The notes under the pieces: generated by a model | Databases searched by the model: none | Seen by the model: the letters and a program-made list of their open reading frames with translations, nothing else | Told to the model about the DNA's origin: nothing | Translations under genes and position numbers: made by a program | IMG/VR virus record: IMGVR_UViG_2869271264_000002 | Span: 6,179-70,178 of that record | Reading direction: 5' to 3' (one strand) | Source of the DNA: a virus | Lineage: Duplodnaviria > Caudoviricetes | Length of the DNA: 64,000 nucleotides | In this document: piece by piece, positions 7,788 through 16,820 of the stretch | How positions within the stretch are numbered: the first letter of the stretch is position 1 | How the letters are laid out: every line of letters begins with the position of its first letter

Positions 7788-8539
7788 TTAAACGGCGTTC
7801 CTTCTTGGATTTCCTCGGAGGACCACTGCGCATAGGCAAGACTGCGGAGCATCGGCAGGCGATCGCCAAGGAATGGATTTTCGATGTCACTGACGCCACA
7901 CTTGGCGGCTGGTCCGCCGATCCATGTCGGCATATCGTGGAAGACTGGGACACCAGCAACGATCGACTTGATGCCGGCGCCGCTTGCCCAGGTCACCGCG
8001 GCCCATGCATGCTGCAGGTCCGGATCAGTCTTTTCCTTGCCTGGGTGCGGGCGAATCCTTATCGGCCGGTCCGTCACCTTCCGGAGACGCTCAACGACCC
8101 TTGCCGTCCAGTCAGACGGCATCGCAATGCCAGGTTCACCTATCCCGCGCTGCGGCAGAACAACGATCTCGCCGCCACAGGAGCGCCATGGCAGCAAGTT
8201 GATGCCAAGTTGATCCCATCGGTCGCCGGCGCCCTCAACCCACGCGCCGGCGCCCAGATGGTGCCCCAGCGCAAGCGCATAGAGCAGGTGCCCGTCCCTA
8301 TCTTTCCCGATGTAGCCATTTTCGGCCACCAGAACCCTTGCGCCAGCCTTCTCGTACCGATTGGCGAGATCGTGATTACCTCTCGACCGATTCCAAATCA
8401 GCAAGACGTCCGTCGGACCAGGCCTTTCCTTCGGCGGATGCCCGACTGCATATCCGAGGCGAGCCAATCCTCTCCGAAAGACGTCCCGTCGATAATACGG
8501 CGAGTCGCTGAAGGTGTCGGAGGCGACGCCTATGACCAT
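7772..8539 (-). CDS. KpsC/KpsS-like (GT-B) glycosyltransferase, paralog 3
   Basis: IRIRPHP...AVTWASGAGIKSIVAGVP...R..ML..LAYAQW. Confidence 0.55.
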   Translation of the reverse strand: MVIGVASDTFSDSPYYRRDVFRRGLARLGYAVGHPPKERPGPTDVLLIWNRSRGNHDLANRYEKAGARVLVAENGYIGKDRDGHLLYALALGHHLGAGAWVEGAGDRWDQLGINLLPWRSCGGEIVVLPQRGIGEPGIAMPSDWTARVVERLRKVTDRPIRIRPHPGKEKTDPDLQHAWAAVTWASGAGIKSIVAGVPVFHDMPTWIGGPAAKCGVSDIENPFLGDRLPMLRSLAYAQWSSEEIQEGTPFKCLLG

Positions 8540-9147
8540 TCGGTGTCCAGATTGATCCTTGGCAGCCAGGTGATCGTGCTTTTGATGGTCGCGTTGACCA
8601 CCGCAATCTTGCGGCGCGCGAGCTCGTCGGTCAGGCCGCGGAAATGCTTGCGCCAGTTTTCAGTGTTGGAGTGGAGATCCATCCCGGGACCGTGAGGTCC
8701 GAACCAATGCGACTTGGCGCCGTCGTCGGAGAAATCGAAGGCGACAATGACGATCCGACGGGCGCCGAGTTGCGCGGCCAGATGGACCGCTTGGTAGCCG
8801 CTGTTGCAGCCACCACGGATACAGCCTGGCGTGTCGTCAAAGCCTTCAATGCCGGTGTTCTTGAGCGTCCGGACGTCATGGAAACCGGTGATCTCGAGCG
8901 AGGTCTTCAACCCGCGAAATGCAGGCACTCCCTTGTGCATATTCCACCAGCGCTTGTCGGACGCATGCAGGATATCAGCAAACCAGCAAGGGTAGATCGC
9001 ATCGTTGATGGCAATGACGCGTATCTTGTCCTCGGCGCGCGCCATACCGATCCTGCGAATCTGGCTGAGCGTGAGCGATGGGCCGCCAGCGGCAACAACC
9101 ACCGGCCGATCGCCGAATGGTGCGATGGGGAGGCATGTGACGGCCAT
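8530..9147 (-). CDS. Maf/DUF115 (MptE-like) putative nonulosonic-acid glycosyltransferase
   Basis: VVAAGGPSL, IAINDA, NSGYQAVHLAAQLGARRIVIVAFD, VVNAT. Confidence 0.65.
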   Translation of the reverse strand: MAVTCLPIAPFGDRPVVVAAGGPSLTLSQIRRIGMARAEDKIRVIAINDAIYPCWFADILHASDKRWWNMHKGVPAFRGLKTSLEITGFHDVRTLKNTGIEGFDDTPGCIRGGCNSGYQAVHLAAQLGARRIVIVAFDFSDDGAKSHWFGPHGPGMDLHSNTENWRKHFRGLTDELARRKIAVVNATIKSTITWLPRINLDTEWS

Positions 9148-9150
9148 GAC

Positions 9151-9525
9151 CTATCGAAACTTGGCAAGTTCGCTGTTGCGGTTCGTGCCGATAGACTGAT
9201 TGTCGCGATCATCCGGAATGCCAGACCGTTTCGAACGGCGCCCGGGAGACTGATCAGAATCCGTCCCCTCGAAGAAGGCTGACGGATGGGACGGGTGCAT
9301 GAACTCGATCATCGCGAAATTGGCCGCGTCGATCAGGAACTCAGTGTTCCCAGTTTCTGCATATTTCCTCAAGCGGTCAGTCAGGGAGGTGATTGCGTTC
9401 ACCTTGTGAGGATAGGCTTCGGAGACCAAGCCATACTTGTAGAAGCTGACCACCATCCGATCCTTCATGCCCTGCACGAAGGGGTCGGAAAACTCTGTCG
9501 AAAGAATTGCTTCGACTGAAGACAT
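9151..9525 (-). CDS. all-alpha NTP pyrophosphohydrolase-like phage protein
   Basis: YKYG...GNTEFLIDAANFAMIEF pattern. Confidence 0.45.
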   Translation of the reverse strand: MSSVEAILSTEFSDPFVQGMKDRMVVSFYKYGLVSEAYPHKVNAITSLTDRLRKYAETGNTEFLIDAANFAMIEFMHPSHPSAFFEGTDSDQSPGRRSKRSGIPDDRDNQSIGTNRNSELAKFR

Positions 9526-9548
9526 CTTTGCCTCTTGGGTTTGAAAAT

Positions 9549-9573
9549 GAAAACGGCGGCCCGAAGACCGCCG
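9549..9573 (-). terminator. intrinsic terminator
   Basis: CGGCGGTC-TTCG-GGCCGCCG followed by TTTT; same UUCG design as 2727-2750. Confidence 0.7.
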
Positions 9574-9583
9574 CTGAAACCTA

Positions 9584-9685
9584 TTATTCGGCGCTGCCGA
9601 ATGTCTTCTTGAGGAAAGCCATGATCTCCGCGCGGAAGTACCAACCGGCAGCGCAGGCGATGGCGAGAAGGATAAGCTGTGTCAT
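9584..9685 (-). CDS. small membrane peptide (33 aa)
   Basis: GGAG RBS; MTQLILLAIACAAGWYFRAEIMAFLKKTFGSAE. Confidence 0.5.
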   Translation of the reverse strand: MTQLILLAIACAAGWYFRAEIMAFLKKTFGSAE

Positions 9686-9764
9686 GCTACTCTCCTTTGT
9701 TTGAAAATGGCGCCGCAGCCCCTCGTCCCGCCCATGGCGTTCTGATGTCTACTGCGGTCTTAAT

Positions 9765-9841
9765 TGGTTGCGGGAAACGGATTCGAACCGCTGTCCTTCT
9801 GGTTATGAGCCAGACGAGCTACCAGGCTGCTCTATCCCGCG
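9765..9841 (-). tRNA. tRNA-fMet (CAT), initiator type
   Basis: cloverleaf with C1:A72 mismatch, anticodon arm TCTGG-CTCATAA-CCAGA, GGTTCGAATCC, encoded CCA. Confidence 0.93.
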
Positions 9842-10143
9842 GAAACTGGCCAATAATGGCGGTTGCTCTCACGCGCCCGGGCATGCGCGGCGTCGCGCAG
9901 TTCCCTTGGCGTCATGTCGTCAAACGTGTGATCGAAGAACACTGGAAGCCCGACGGCGATCAGATTCAGATCGCTCGGCTGGCAGACCGCGAGTGTTTTA
10001 CAGCGGCTATCGACATCCGGTCCGCGCAACTCGAGGATGGTGCGCTCGACCACGATGCCGATGTCTTTTGTGGGAACGATGATCAGTGCGCCGGCAGCGG
10101 GCAGAGACATCACCAACGCTGTGGTGCGGCCCATCTGCTGCAT
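9832..10143 (-). CDS. hypothetical protein between the tRNAs
   Basis: GGAGA RBS before ATG 10143; 103 aa. Confidence 0.5.
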   Translation of the reverse strand: MQQMGRTTALVMSLPAAGALIIVPTKDIGIVVERTILELRGPDVDSRCKTLAVCQPSDLNLIAVGLPVFFDHTFDDMTPRELRDAAHARARESNRHYWPVSAG

Positions 10144-10164
10144 GTCGGTCTCCCGATCTGGATT

Positions 10165-10240
10165 TGGTGCCACCGGGGTAGAATCGAACTCCCGGCCCGC
10201 TGCTTACGAGGCAGCCGCTCTACCACTGAGCTACGGCGGC
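10165..10240 (-). tRNA. tRNA-Thr (CGT)
   Basis: GCCGCCG/CGGTGGC acceptor stem, GCTGC-CTCGTAA-GCAGC anticodon arm, TTCGATT, encoded CCA; one bulged A in the T stem. Confidence 0.88.
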
Positions 10241-10245
10241 GAAAC

Positions 10246-10956
10246 TTACGCCGTCGTTGTTGTGAGAATGGTCTGACCGGTGAAGCGGCTGGCGTAGTCC
10301 ATGACCTGCTCCTCAATCAGTACCCTGAACCGCGAATGCCAGTATTTATGATGCGTGGGGCAGAGCGGTATCAGGTTGGCGGGGTCGTTGTTTTCGTGAT
10401 TTTCGTCGAGGTGATGAACCTCAACGATGTTTACCTCGTCGCAAACCACACACTTTTTCTCGTGGTGGCTGAAACACGTCGATCGGTAGGACTCAGTCTT
10501 CCAGTTCGGATGATTGCTGCCGCTTCTGAAATGTGTGTTGGCGCATGCTTTGGAGCAAGTCTCGCCACGCCCTCTTATCGGATCGTCGCAAACGGGGCAG
10601 GATCTGATATTCTCCAGGGCAAGGTGGCACAGGCTCTCGTGGCGCATCAGCCCGCTCGCATGGACTTCCCTGCCACACCATTGGCACGGCCGCTGACCTA
10701 TCGCATTCCTCGCCTTCGCCAAGTTGGCCAGGTGTCGCTCGGAGCCAGTGTAGGCCCCGGCATGCATCTTGACCTTACCCTTCTGCGTGAAATGCGAGAT
10801 GTCGAGACCAGCTTTGGCGATCCTGCGCTTAAGGTAGGATTGGTAACCGCCAGACACCTTGATGCCGAGGATGCGCAAGACCCCTGAATAGGTAGCAGAG
10901 TTTCTTACAGCAGCCCCAAGTTCGTCTTCCGTGAATTGGTGCTTGCGTTCAGGCAT
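10246..10956 (-). CDS. HNH homing endonuclease
   Basis: CVVCD..VEVHHLDENHENNDPANLIPLCPTHH; N-terminal helical DNA-binding segment. Confidence 0.85.
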   Translation of the reverse strand: MPERKHQFTEDELGAAVRNSATYSGVLRILGIKVSGGYQSYLKRRIAKAGLDISHFTQKGKVKMHAGAYTGSERHLANLAKARNAIGQRPCQWCGREVHASGLMRHESLCHLALENIRSCPVCDDPIRGRGETCSKACANTHFRSGSNHPNWKTESYRSTCFSHHEKKCVVCDEVNIVEVHHLDENHENNDPANLIPLCPTHHKYWHSRFRVLIEEQVMDYASRFTGQTILTTTTA

Positions 10957-11350
10957 CCGTTACGGGTCATCGTCCTTTTGAAGCCGGCATCCCACCGGCT
11001 GGCCGCTCATATCCGGACGCCATCCCGGATTAGGCTTCCCAAAGTCGGGGTTCGAGCGGCTTCCCCTTTGATCTGGCTGATTCTGCCTGGGGCACAACTT
11101 TATGTTTCGAGGCGTTTCTGACTCGCCTTTAGGGAGGAACGCAACCCCTAGTGTTTCAGGTTTTTGTTAACACAATTTATGGTACACGCCGAAACTCCAA
11201 TAATGCCAACTATTCTCGCCAGATCGCAACTTTGTTCGCCTCAGTTATCCCTCTTCTGGGCCTCCAATTCCTCGAAAACCCTTGGCACTGTTGACGTTTC
11301 GCCTGTTTCTGTGCTTTGACACTGCCGTCCCGAAACAGGAAGGCAGTTCC

Positions 11351-11656
11351 ATGGTCAACATCGACAACATCAACCTCGAGAACCTCTCGATCTCCGATCT
11401 CTCTGCGCTCGAGGAGCGCATCAGGACTGCCAAGATGGTTCCGACTGGTCTTCGCGCGATCAGCCTGGTCGCCGCACTGAAGGAAACCATGAAGGCCATC
11501 CGCGAGATCGACGATAGCATTCTCGGCGAGGTTCTCGGCCCGATCGCCCCGCAGGCGATGCCGAAGGAGGCAACGACTGCTCGGAAGTATGGCCTATCCG
11601 AGACCCAGGTGAAGAACGCCAAGGACAAAGCGGTCAAGGCGATCGCAGCGCTTTAG
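11351..11656 (+). CDS. hypothetical protein (isolated plus-strand gene, moron-like)
   Basis: 101-aa ORF with GGAAGG RBS, opposite to the surrounding operon. Confidence 0.6.
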   Translation: MVNIDNINLENLSISDLSALEERIRTAKMVPTGLRAISLVAALKETMKAIREIDDSILGEVLGPIAPQAMPKEATTARKYGLSETQVKNAKDKAVKAIAAL

Positions 11657-11698
11657 AATATATTCTGATTTCAGTTTATTCTATTCGGGCGCGGTTGG

Positions 11699-12214
11699 TT
11701 AAGCCGCGTCCGCCGTCGGGAACGTCACTTCGAGGTCGCCGATCTCGAGTCCGAACCGGTACGCCTCTCGGGGAGACCTCGTCTCTGTCATATTGATGAA
11801 TGAATTCTTCAACGTGTAGAGTCCGTTCTCGCCTTGAGACATGGCAAAATCGACTCTTTCGCCCGCCATGAACGTCTCCATCAGCATCTGACGCCCTTCG
11901 CTGTCGAGCATGATATCGACGTCAACTGCCCCCGCAGTTACATACGATACCCCCCTGTGTGTTGGCCGATCAAGGGACGCGAGGTCAACAAAGGTGACAT
12001 CCCGCTCAATCCGCACCATCCACTCCGTCGACTTCCCCAGGAACCGCCAGATGTCATCGACCTTCATGAAGACGTCACCGAGGAGATGATCTGGGAACGG
12101 CAGCGACGGCGCCACGGCGGCCTCGACTGCGGCGAGCGCGGGCATTCCGGCCGCCACAACGCCGGCGGTCGCCATCAGGCCTTTCAGGAAGTTGCGGCGG
12201 GACAGGTCGGTCAT
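11699..12214 (-). CDS. protein with twin-arginine (Tat) signal peptide
   Basis: MTDLSRRNFLKGLMATAGVVAAG..ALA. Confidence 0.75.
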   Translation of the reverse strand: MTDLSRRNFLKGLMATAGVVAAGMPALAAVEAAVAPSLPFPDHLLGDVFMKVDDIWRFLGKSTEWMVRIERDVTFVDLASLDRPTHRGVSYVTAGAVDVDIMLDSEGRQMLMETFMAGERVDFAMSQGENGLYTLKNSFINMTETRSPREAYRFGLEIGDLEVTFPTADAA

Positions 12215-12226
12215 CGTATGCTCCAG

Positions 12227-12841
12227 TTAGATTTCACCGCGCCAGACGGTTGGCCATCCGGGTTGGTTGGTATCAATGATGCTGATCTGCTTGCCATCGC
12301 CTGCCTCGCACTGCGCGGCTGCCCTCGCCCATAGCGTTGCATCGCCTTCGCGGAGCACCTCGAGCAGCGCCAACTTCTCCAGGCGGTAGACCTTCCAGAA
12401 GTTCGGATCCCGTTCCTTGATCGTCAGCGTGTTGTGGATGAGGTCGGCGAGTTTGATCGTCTTGGCCGTGGCCGGCGCCTTGGCTGTGTGTGCCAGGTCG
12501 AGCGCCTTGCGCGCGGCGCGGTTGCCGTCATCCGGTCGCGAGACGTCCGTGAGCCAGCCGACGAGCTCCGCAACTTGGACGCCGAACTCCGCGTCGATGT
12601 CGTCGATCGAAACCGATGGCACGTCTTCAATCACGTCATGCAAGATGGCCGCTGCGATCATCTCCGGCGTGTGTGGGACCGTCTTGACGATCTCGGCGAC
12701 GGCGATCGGATGTACGATATAGTTTTCGCCGGTATATTTTCTCAATTGGCCTTCATGCGCCTTGGTCGCGAAGATCAGCGCTTTCTCCTCCAGCGCCTCG
12801 CCGTACCGGCATATTGGGTAGTTCTCGTGCCATTCAATCAT
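12227..12841 (-). CDS. HD-domain small alarmone hydrolase (SpoT/Mesh1-like)
   Basis: [40 protein letters not shown]. Confidence 0.85.
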   Translation of the reverse strand: MIEWHENYPICRYGEALEEKALIFATKAHEGQLRKYTGENYIVHPIAVAEIVKTVPHTPEMIAAAILHDVIEDVPSVSIDDIDAEFGVQVAELVGWLTDVSRPDDGNRAARKALDLAHTAKAPATAKTIKLADLIHNTLTIKERDPNFWKVYRLEKLALLEVLREGDATLWARAAAQCEAGDGKQISIIDTNQPGWPTVWRGEI

Positions 12842-13110
12842 GTGCCGCCGTCCTGCTTCTTCCACATCCGGCACTCGGCACCGTCTTCCGGCCGCATCCT
12901 CTCGCAATTGCTGCCATCCGGCTCGGCCGTGGATCCGCCGAACAACAATGCGGTCATCCTGGCTTTGCCATACTTGCGTTCCGCCCATATCGGATTGTCG
13001 CCGCCACCTTCGAGTAGAGCGGCATCATCCACGCCGGCGCCACAACTGATCAGTCCGTTGTCGCGAAGCCATCCGCGCGCGCAGGTTCCGCATTTACGAT
13101 CGTCGCTCAT
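12838..13110 (-). CDS. hypothetical protein (Cys-containing)
   Basis: ATGA-coupled ORF within the operon. Confidence 0.55.
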   Translation of the reverse strand: MSDDRKCGTCARGWLRDNGLISCGAGVDDAALLEGGGDNPIWAERKYGKARMTALLFGGSTAEPDGSNCERMRPEDGAECRMWKKQDGGT

Positions 13111-13547
13111 TCTGCCGCCTCCGCCAATTTCAACGTCTCGGCATAGGCGGTCACCACCGCAAGGCAGAGCGCGATCGCCGGCGTGCCCGACGGCCGCAGG
13201 TCGATGTCGACGCCGGTATCCCATATGCTGCCCGATTTCGGCTTGCCATATTCCTTCAGCAGTCGCTCGCCATGCACCGGGCAGTTCAGGTCCGGAACCA
13301 CCCATGCATCATCCGAAACGCAGCATGTCCCCACCTTCCATGCGAAGCCTGGCAGGATGCGCTCGAGCAGCTTCACCGGCGCGTTGAGATCCTTGGTGAA
13401 GGCTGGGCAAATAGGCATACCGTTCCGCATGGCGGCGAGCGACAGGTTGAACGGCCGCGGCTCAGGCCACAACGCGCCGATCTCGCGGTCAACCTCTCGG
13501 TCCGGCGCTTCCAACGACTCGAGCCGCGCAATCAGTTCTTCGATCAT
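13107..13547 (-). CDS. conserved phage hypothetical protein
   Basis: 146-aa coupled ORF. Confidence 0.65.
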   Translation of the reverse strand: MIEELIARLESLEAPDREVDREIGALWPEPRPFNLSLAAMRNGMPICPAFTKDLNAPVKLLERILPGFAWKVGTCCVSDDAWVVPDLNCPVHGERLLKEYGKPKSGSIWDTGVDIDLRPSGTPAIALCLAVVTAYAETLKLAEAAE

Positions 13548-13666
13548 GGACGTTCACCTCTCAGGAGTGGGCCCAGCGCTTTGGTCTGGTCCAGCGCAAA
13601 GTCGCCAGGCTGATGCGTGGTGACGCAACCGACGAGGAACAGGCAGATGAGCATCGCGCGGATCAT
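13544..13666 (-). CDS. small lipoprotein (40 aa)
   Basis: MIRAMLICLFLVG-C lipobox; ATGA overlaps on both sides. Confidence 0.55.
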   Translation of the reverse strand: MIRAMLICLFLVGCVTTHQPGDFALDQTKALGPLLRGERP

Positions 13667-14232
13667 GCCGCTATCTCGCCAGTGCGCGAGTTCAGAATGC
13701 CATTGGCGCACGCACGCCATAGCAGCACATCGACCGTGGCGATCTTGTAGCCGCTATCTCGGGCGAGTCGTTCGCACAGTTGCTGTGGCGTCACACCCTC
13801 CCGATCAGCTAGGCGCTGAAGGTGAACATCTGGCTTGGCGACATCGGCCCCGAAGTTCTTGGCGAGGTGATATTTCGTGATGCCGCCGATCCATGGCAGC
13901 GAAGCGCAGAACTCGATCTTGTCGGGGGCAGAGAGATAGGCCGCCAGCAAGTCGTCACGCGTCCGCCAGATAAGGTCGATCGCTTTTGCCTTGCCTGGGT
14001 GGCCGAAGACAGCGAAGGCACTGATGCCGCCCTGTATGGCCGCCATGACCTTGGCGAATATCTTGACCGCGATGGTGTTCTTCATGCCTGAATTGCAGAT
14101 GACGAATATCGCTTCGGATGCAAAGTCGTCAGCGTCGGCCGGCGGCTTGATGTTTTCGGACCATGAGATGTCGTCTTGGCCTTGCTCGCCAAGCAATGAT
14201 ACGATGTGAAGGAAGTCGCTGCGCTCGATCAC
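13663..14232 (-). CDS. HhH-GPD superfamily DNA glycosylase-like protein
   Basis: LPWIGGITK HhH motif, KPDVHLQRLA catalytic Asp region, VDVLLW. Confidence 0.65.
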   Translation of the reverse strand: MIERSDFLHIVSLLGEQGQDDISWSENIKPPADADDFASEAIFVICNSGMKNTIAVKIFAKVMAAIQGGISAFAVFGHPGKAKAIDLIWRTRDDLLAAYLSAPDKIEFCASLPWIGGITKYHLAKNFGADVAKPDVHLQRLADREGVTPQQLCERLARDSGYKIATVDVLLWRACANGILNSRTGEIAA

Positions 14233-14243
14233 AGGGCACCCCC

Positions 14244-14489
14244 ATGCTGCACCGCTTCAAACGCCCCGTAACCATCCGCTGGGAGCGCGGAATGCAGGGC
14301 ATAGGCGATGTCCACGCCGCCTTGGAAGCCATGCGCAACTGGGTGCGCGAGACTGATACCGTCACCCCGGAGATTGAAGCAGCCTATGTTGTCTGTGCGG
14401 AGGTGCTCGATGGGACTAGACCCGCTGAAGATGCTCGGGGAGCATTCGTTGCAGATGCAAGAGGGATGGGGAAACTGCCAGGTGAGTGA
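14244..14489 (+). CDS. DUF982-domain protein
   Basis: FKRPVTI...AL..M..W...A...C...L.G.....ARGAFV..A. Confidence 0.7.
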   Translation: MLHRFKRPVTIRWERGMQGIGDVHAALEAMRNWVRETDTVTPEIEAAYVVCAEVLDGTRPAEDARGAFVADARGMGKLPGE

Positions 14490-14494
14490 GCGGG

Positions 14495-14890
14495 TCATGG
14501 CGCTGGACCGATGGCGGCGCGGACAATATAGCCAGCCTTGCGAAGCCCATCCCGCTCCGGTTTGCCGTCATAGGATCCGCGCATTTGGCCGCCGTCGAGA
14601 TACCGCACATACTCTGCGATCGCGGCGTCTGCGGTCTCCAGCGCTTTCCTTGCCCGCGCTAGATCTGCCTCTGCGGCTTTGGCGCGGATGGCGGCAACCT
14701 GTTGGCCTGCGCGTGCGGCGGATCGATCTGCATCAGCCGCGCCGACTTCCTTCTGCATCCGCTCCAGTTCCACCCTCATCTCGGCTAGGGCTGTATCCTT
14801 GGCGGCGAGGGTGGCTTCGAAACTGGCGGCGATCTTCTTCCACGTTTCGAAGCTGGGTGCACTGTCCTTAGGCCATTCGACGCTGATCAT
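14495..14890 (-). CDS. hypothetical coiled-coil protein
   Basis: 131-aa coupled ORF. Confidence 0.55.
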   Translation of the reverse strand: MISVEWPKDSAPSFETWKKIAASFEATLAAKDTALAEMRVELERMQKEVGAADADRSAARAGQQVAAIRAKAAEADLARARKALETADAAIAEYVRYLDGGQMRGSYDGKPERDGLRKAGYIVRAAIGPAP

Positions 14891-15096
14891 TCGCCCGTCC
14901 CCCTGTTATTCTGAGATAGGGCGAGACGGCCTGCTTCGGTGATGTTCAGCCAGTCAGAAGAAGGGCCACCGTCTCTCCATTCTGCCAAGCGAAGTTCAAC
15001 CAGGCGTCTTGCAGGTTTGTATGAGCCGATGCAGTGCGTCCCGCCAGCATAGGATACTTCAACCAGAAGATGCCATTGCGAGGTTGTCAGCTTCAT
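14887..15096 (-). CDS. hypothetical protein (wHTH-like)
   Basis: MKLT..QW.LL...LV..GL.......IT.AGR.AL pattern. Confidence 0.55.
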   Translation of the reverse strand: MKLTTSQWHLLVEVSYAGGTHCIGSYKPARRLVELRLAEWRDGGPSSDWLNITEAGRLALSQNNRGTGE

Positions 15097-15611
15097 GGCT
15101 TTGTAGAAGCGGTGGAGCGAACGTGCTCGATTGCTTGGTCAGGCGACATGGTTCGCCAGTCGGGCCAGTCGCGGCCTTCGTTCTTGGTCTGCTTGGCGAT
15201 GAGCGCGGCAACGATCTGCTCGGGTGAATGGCCAGCCCGCCAAGCGCCATCCAGCGCCAAGATCGTAACGTCGATCCATTCGGCGATGTCGGAAGGGTCG
15301 GCTTCGATCTCAGACAGTTCCTTGCGGATATGATCGATCACGCCCTTGGTGCGCGGGCCGGGACCGAATGTGGCTTCTGACCATTCCCGCTGGCGAGCCA
15401 GATGCGCCAACATGTCGAAGCCGTCCAGCACCATGCCTGGTACTCCTTCCCCTGGTGGTGCGGTGGAGAGGGCTGCTTCGAGGGCGGCTCGGATGGTAGC
15501 CTCGATGCTCATGTCCTTTACCTGACAGGCGCACCACGCTCTAAACGCCCGCTCGACCATCGCTTCGCTAACTCCCGTAGTGGTGGCTGTAGGTTGGGTG
15601 GTGGTGGTCAT
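15093..15611 (-). CDS. DUF550 dATP/dGTP pyrophosphohydrolase-domain protein
   Basis: WSEATFGPG...HIRKEL.EIEADP....EWIDV..LALDGAWR....P..I..AL..KQ.KN..R.WPDWR. Confidence 0.85.
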   Translation of the reverse strand: MTTTTQPTATTTGVSEAMVERAFRAWCACQVKDMSIEATIRAALEAALSTAPPGEGVPGMVLDGFDMLAHLARQREWSEATFGPGPRTKGVIDHIRKELSEIEADPSDIAEWIDVTILALDGAWRAGHSPEQIVAALIAKQTKNEGRDWPDWRTMSPDQAIEHVRSTASTKP

Positions 15612-16084
15612 GCTGCGGCCTCACTGTAAAACGTCTCAGTTATCTGGCCGGAGTTGTCTCCGCGCTGCCAATGGAAGGCTGCGATAGCGTTGCCCATCGG
15701 GAACCCGAGCTTTGAACCTGTCCCGTACCATCGGATGTTCTTGGTCGAGAGCCCGTAATTTCGGCACTCTCGAACTGTCCCGTACCCGCTAACGATGTTG
15801 CGCGCCGGCACCAGAAATACGACATTATCGGAGATAGAAAACGCATGCTTCATGAACTGCCGGGTTTTGGAGTAGGGAGGGTTTCCTATGATCCAATCCA
15901 CATGGTCGCGGAAATCGAAGAAGTCGCGGCCATCATCAATCTCGCACCACTGTGCGGATGGGATGAAGTCCGTAAATGCTCCTTGACCTCGGCATGGGTC
16001 GAGTATCTTCCCGGCTGGGCTAAAAAACCGAACCATGTCGGAGACGCACCAAGCCGGCGTGTAGACGATGTCGCCTCTCTTCAT
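15608..16084 (-). CDS. small N6-adenine DNA methyltransferase
   Basis: VYTP, ILDPCRGQG, DFF, WIIGNPPYS. Confidence 0.85.
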   Translation of the reverse strand: MKRGDIVYTPAWCVSDMVRFFSPAGKILDPCRGQGAFTDFIPSAQWCEIDDGRDFFDFRDHVDWIIGNPPYSKTRQFMKHAFSISDNVVFLVPARNIVSGYGTVRECRNYGLSTKNIRWYGTGSKLGFPMGNAIAAFHWQRGDNSGQITETFYSEAAA

Positions 16085-16818
16085 GGCTTCGCCACCCCGT
16101 CCGTATCTTGGGCGGAAAGGGCGGCGAGAGCCTTGCGCCATTCGCTTTCGGTTCGCTCCTTGTCTGTGAGGATTCCAGCAGGACACCACGAGTTGCGGCC
16201 ATACTCCCATGCACGTCTAAGCTCGTCTTCCCCACCCTTGGTGGCCGGGATGATGGAAGAGAGGGCAGTCTCGATCTTGTCTTGGAGTTCTTGATCAGGC
16301 GCCGGTGGTGGAGCCAGATAAAGCGGATGGATCGGCATGTTAGGCCCATAAACACCGGCTGGATTTTTGGTCACCGCAACCCATGTCTCATTGTCGTCCC
16401 TGTCTGTGCCCAGGATTAGCCAGGCGACCGGCTCTCCTGCCTTCACGCTCACCGCTACCGGTGCGACAGCGGGGGAGGCGAAGAAGAGAGGGCGGACGTT
16501 GCGGACATCCTTAGGATCGGGGATGTGGCTGGAGTACATCGTGCCGCTCCACCGGTTGTGGTCGTGGCTGTAGCAAAGCTCAAACAGGTAGCCTACCGGC
16601 TCCTCGCTCGGTGCTGCTCCCTGACTATGGATAGCGGAGAGGGCGCGGAGGTCGTCATATTGCTTCCATGCGTCGCAAGCGGCGCAACCCTCGGCATAGT
16701 CAGGGCAGCGCTCGCCGAATGCTTCGGTGATGGCTTCAGCAATGAAATCCGTGGTGGTAGGGCTTTCTTGATGGGTGCCGGAGAGGGCGGTTTCGGATTC
16801 GTCGTGAGCATGGGTCAT
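16081..16818 (-). CDS. hypothetical phage protein (EPV(G/A)Y/W repeat type)
   Basis: two EPV...PL(F/Y).A segments; CPDYAEGCAACDAW. Confidence 0.55.
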   Translation of the reverse strand: MTHAHDESETALSGTHQESPTTTDFIAEAITEAFGERCPDYAEGCAACDAWKQYDDLRALSAIHSQGAAPSEEPVGYLFELCYSHDHNRWSGTMYSSHIPDPKDVRNVRPLFFASPAVAPVAVSVKAGEPVAWLILGTDRDDNETWVAVTKNPAGVYGPNMPIHPLYLAPPPAPDQELQDKIETALSSIIPATKGGEDELRRAWEYGRNSWCPAGILTDKERTESEWRKALAALSAQDTDGVAKP

Positions 16819-16820
16819 GG

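Noticed and set aside
9679-10887. 402-aa plus-strand ORF
   Set aside because: Antisense to two tRNAs and the HNH gene; no recognisable motifs
14229-14498. Minus-strand 89-aa ORF
   Set aside because: Shadow of the recognisable DUF982 gene on the plus strand
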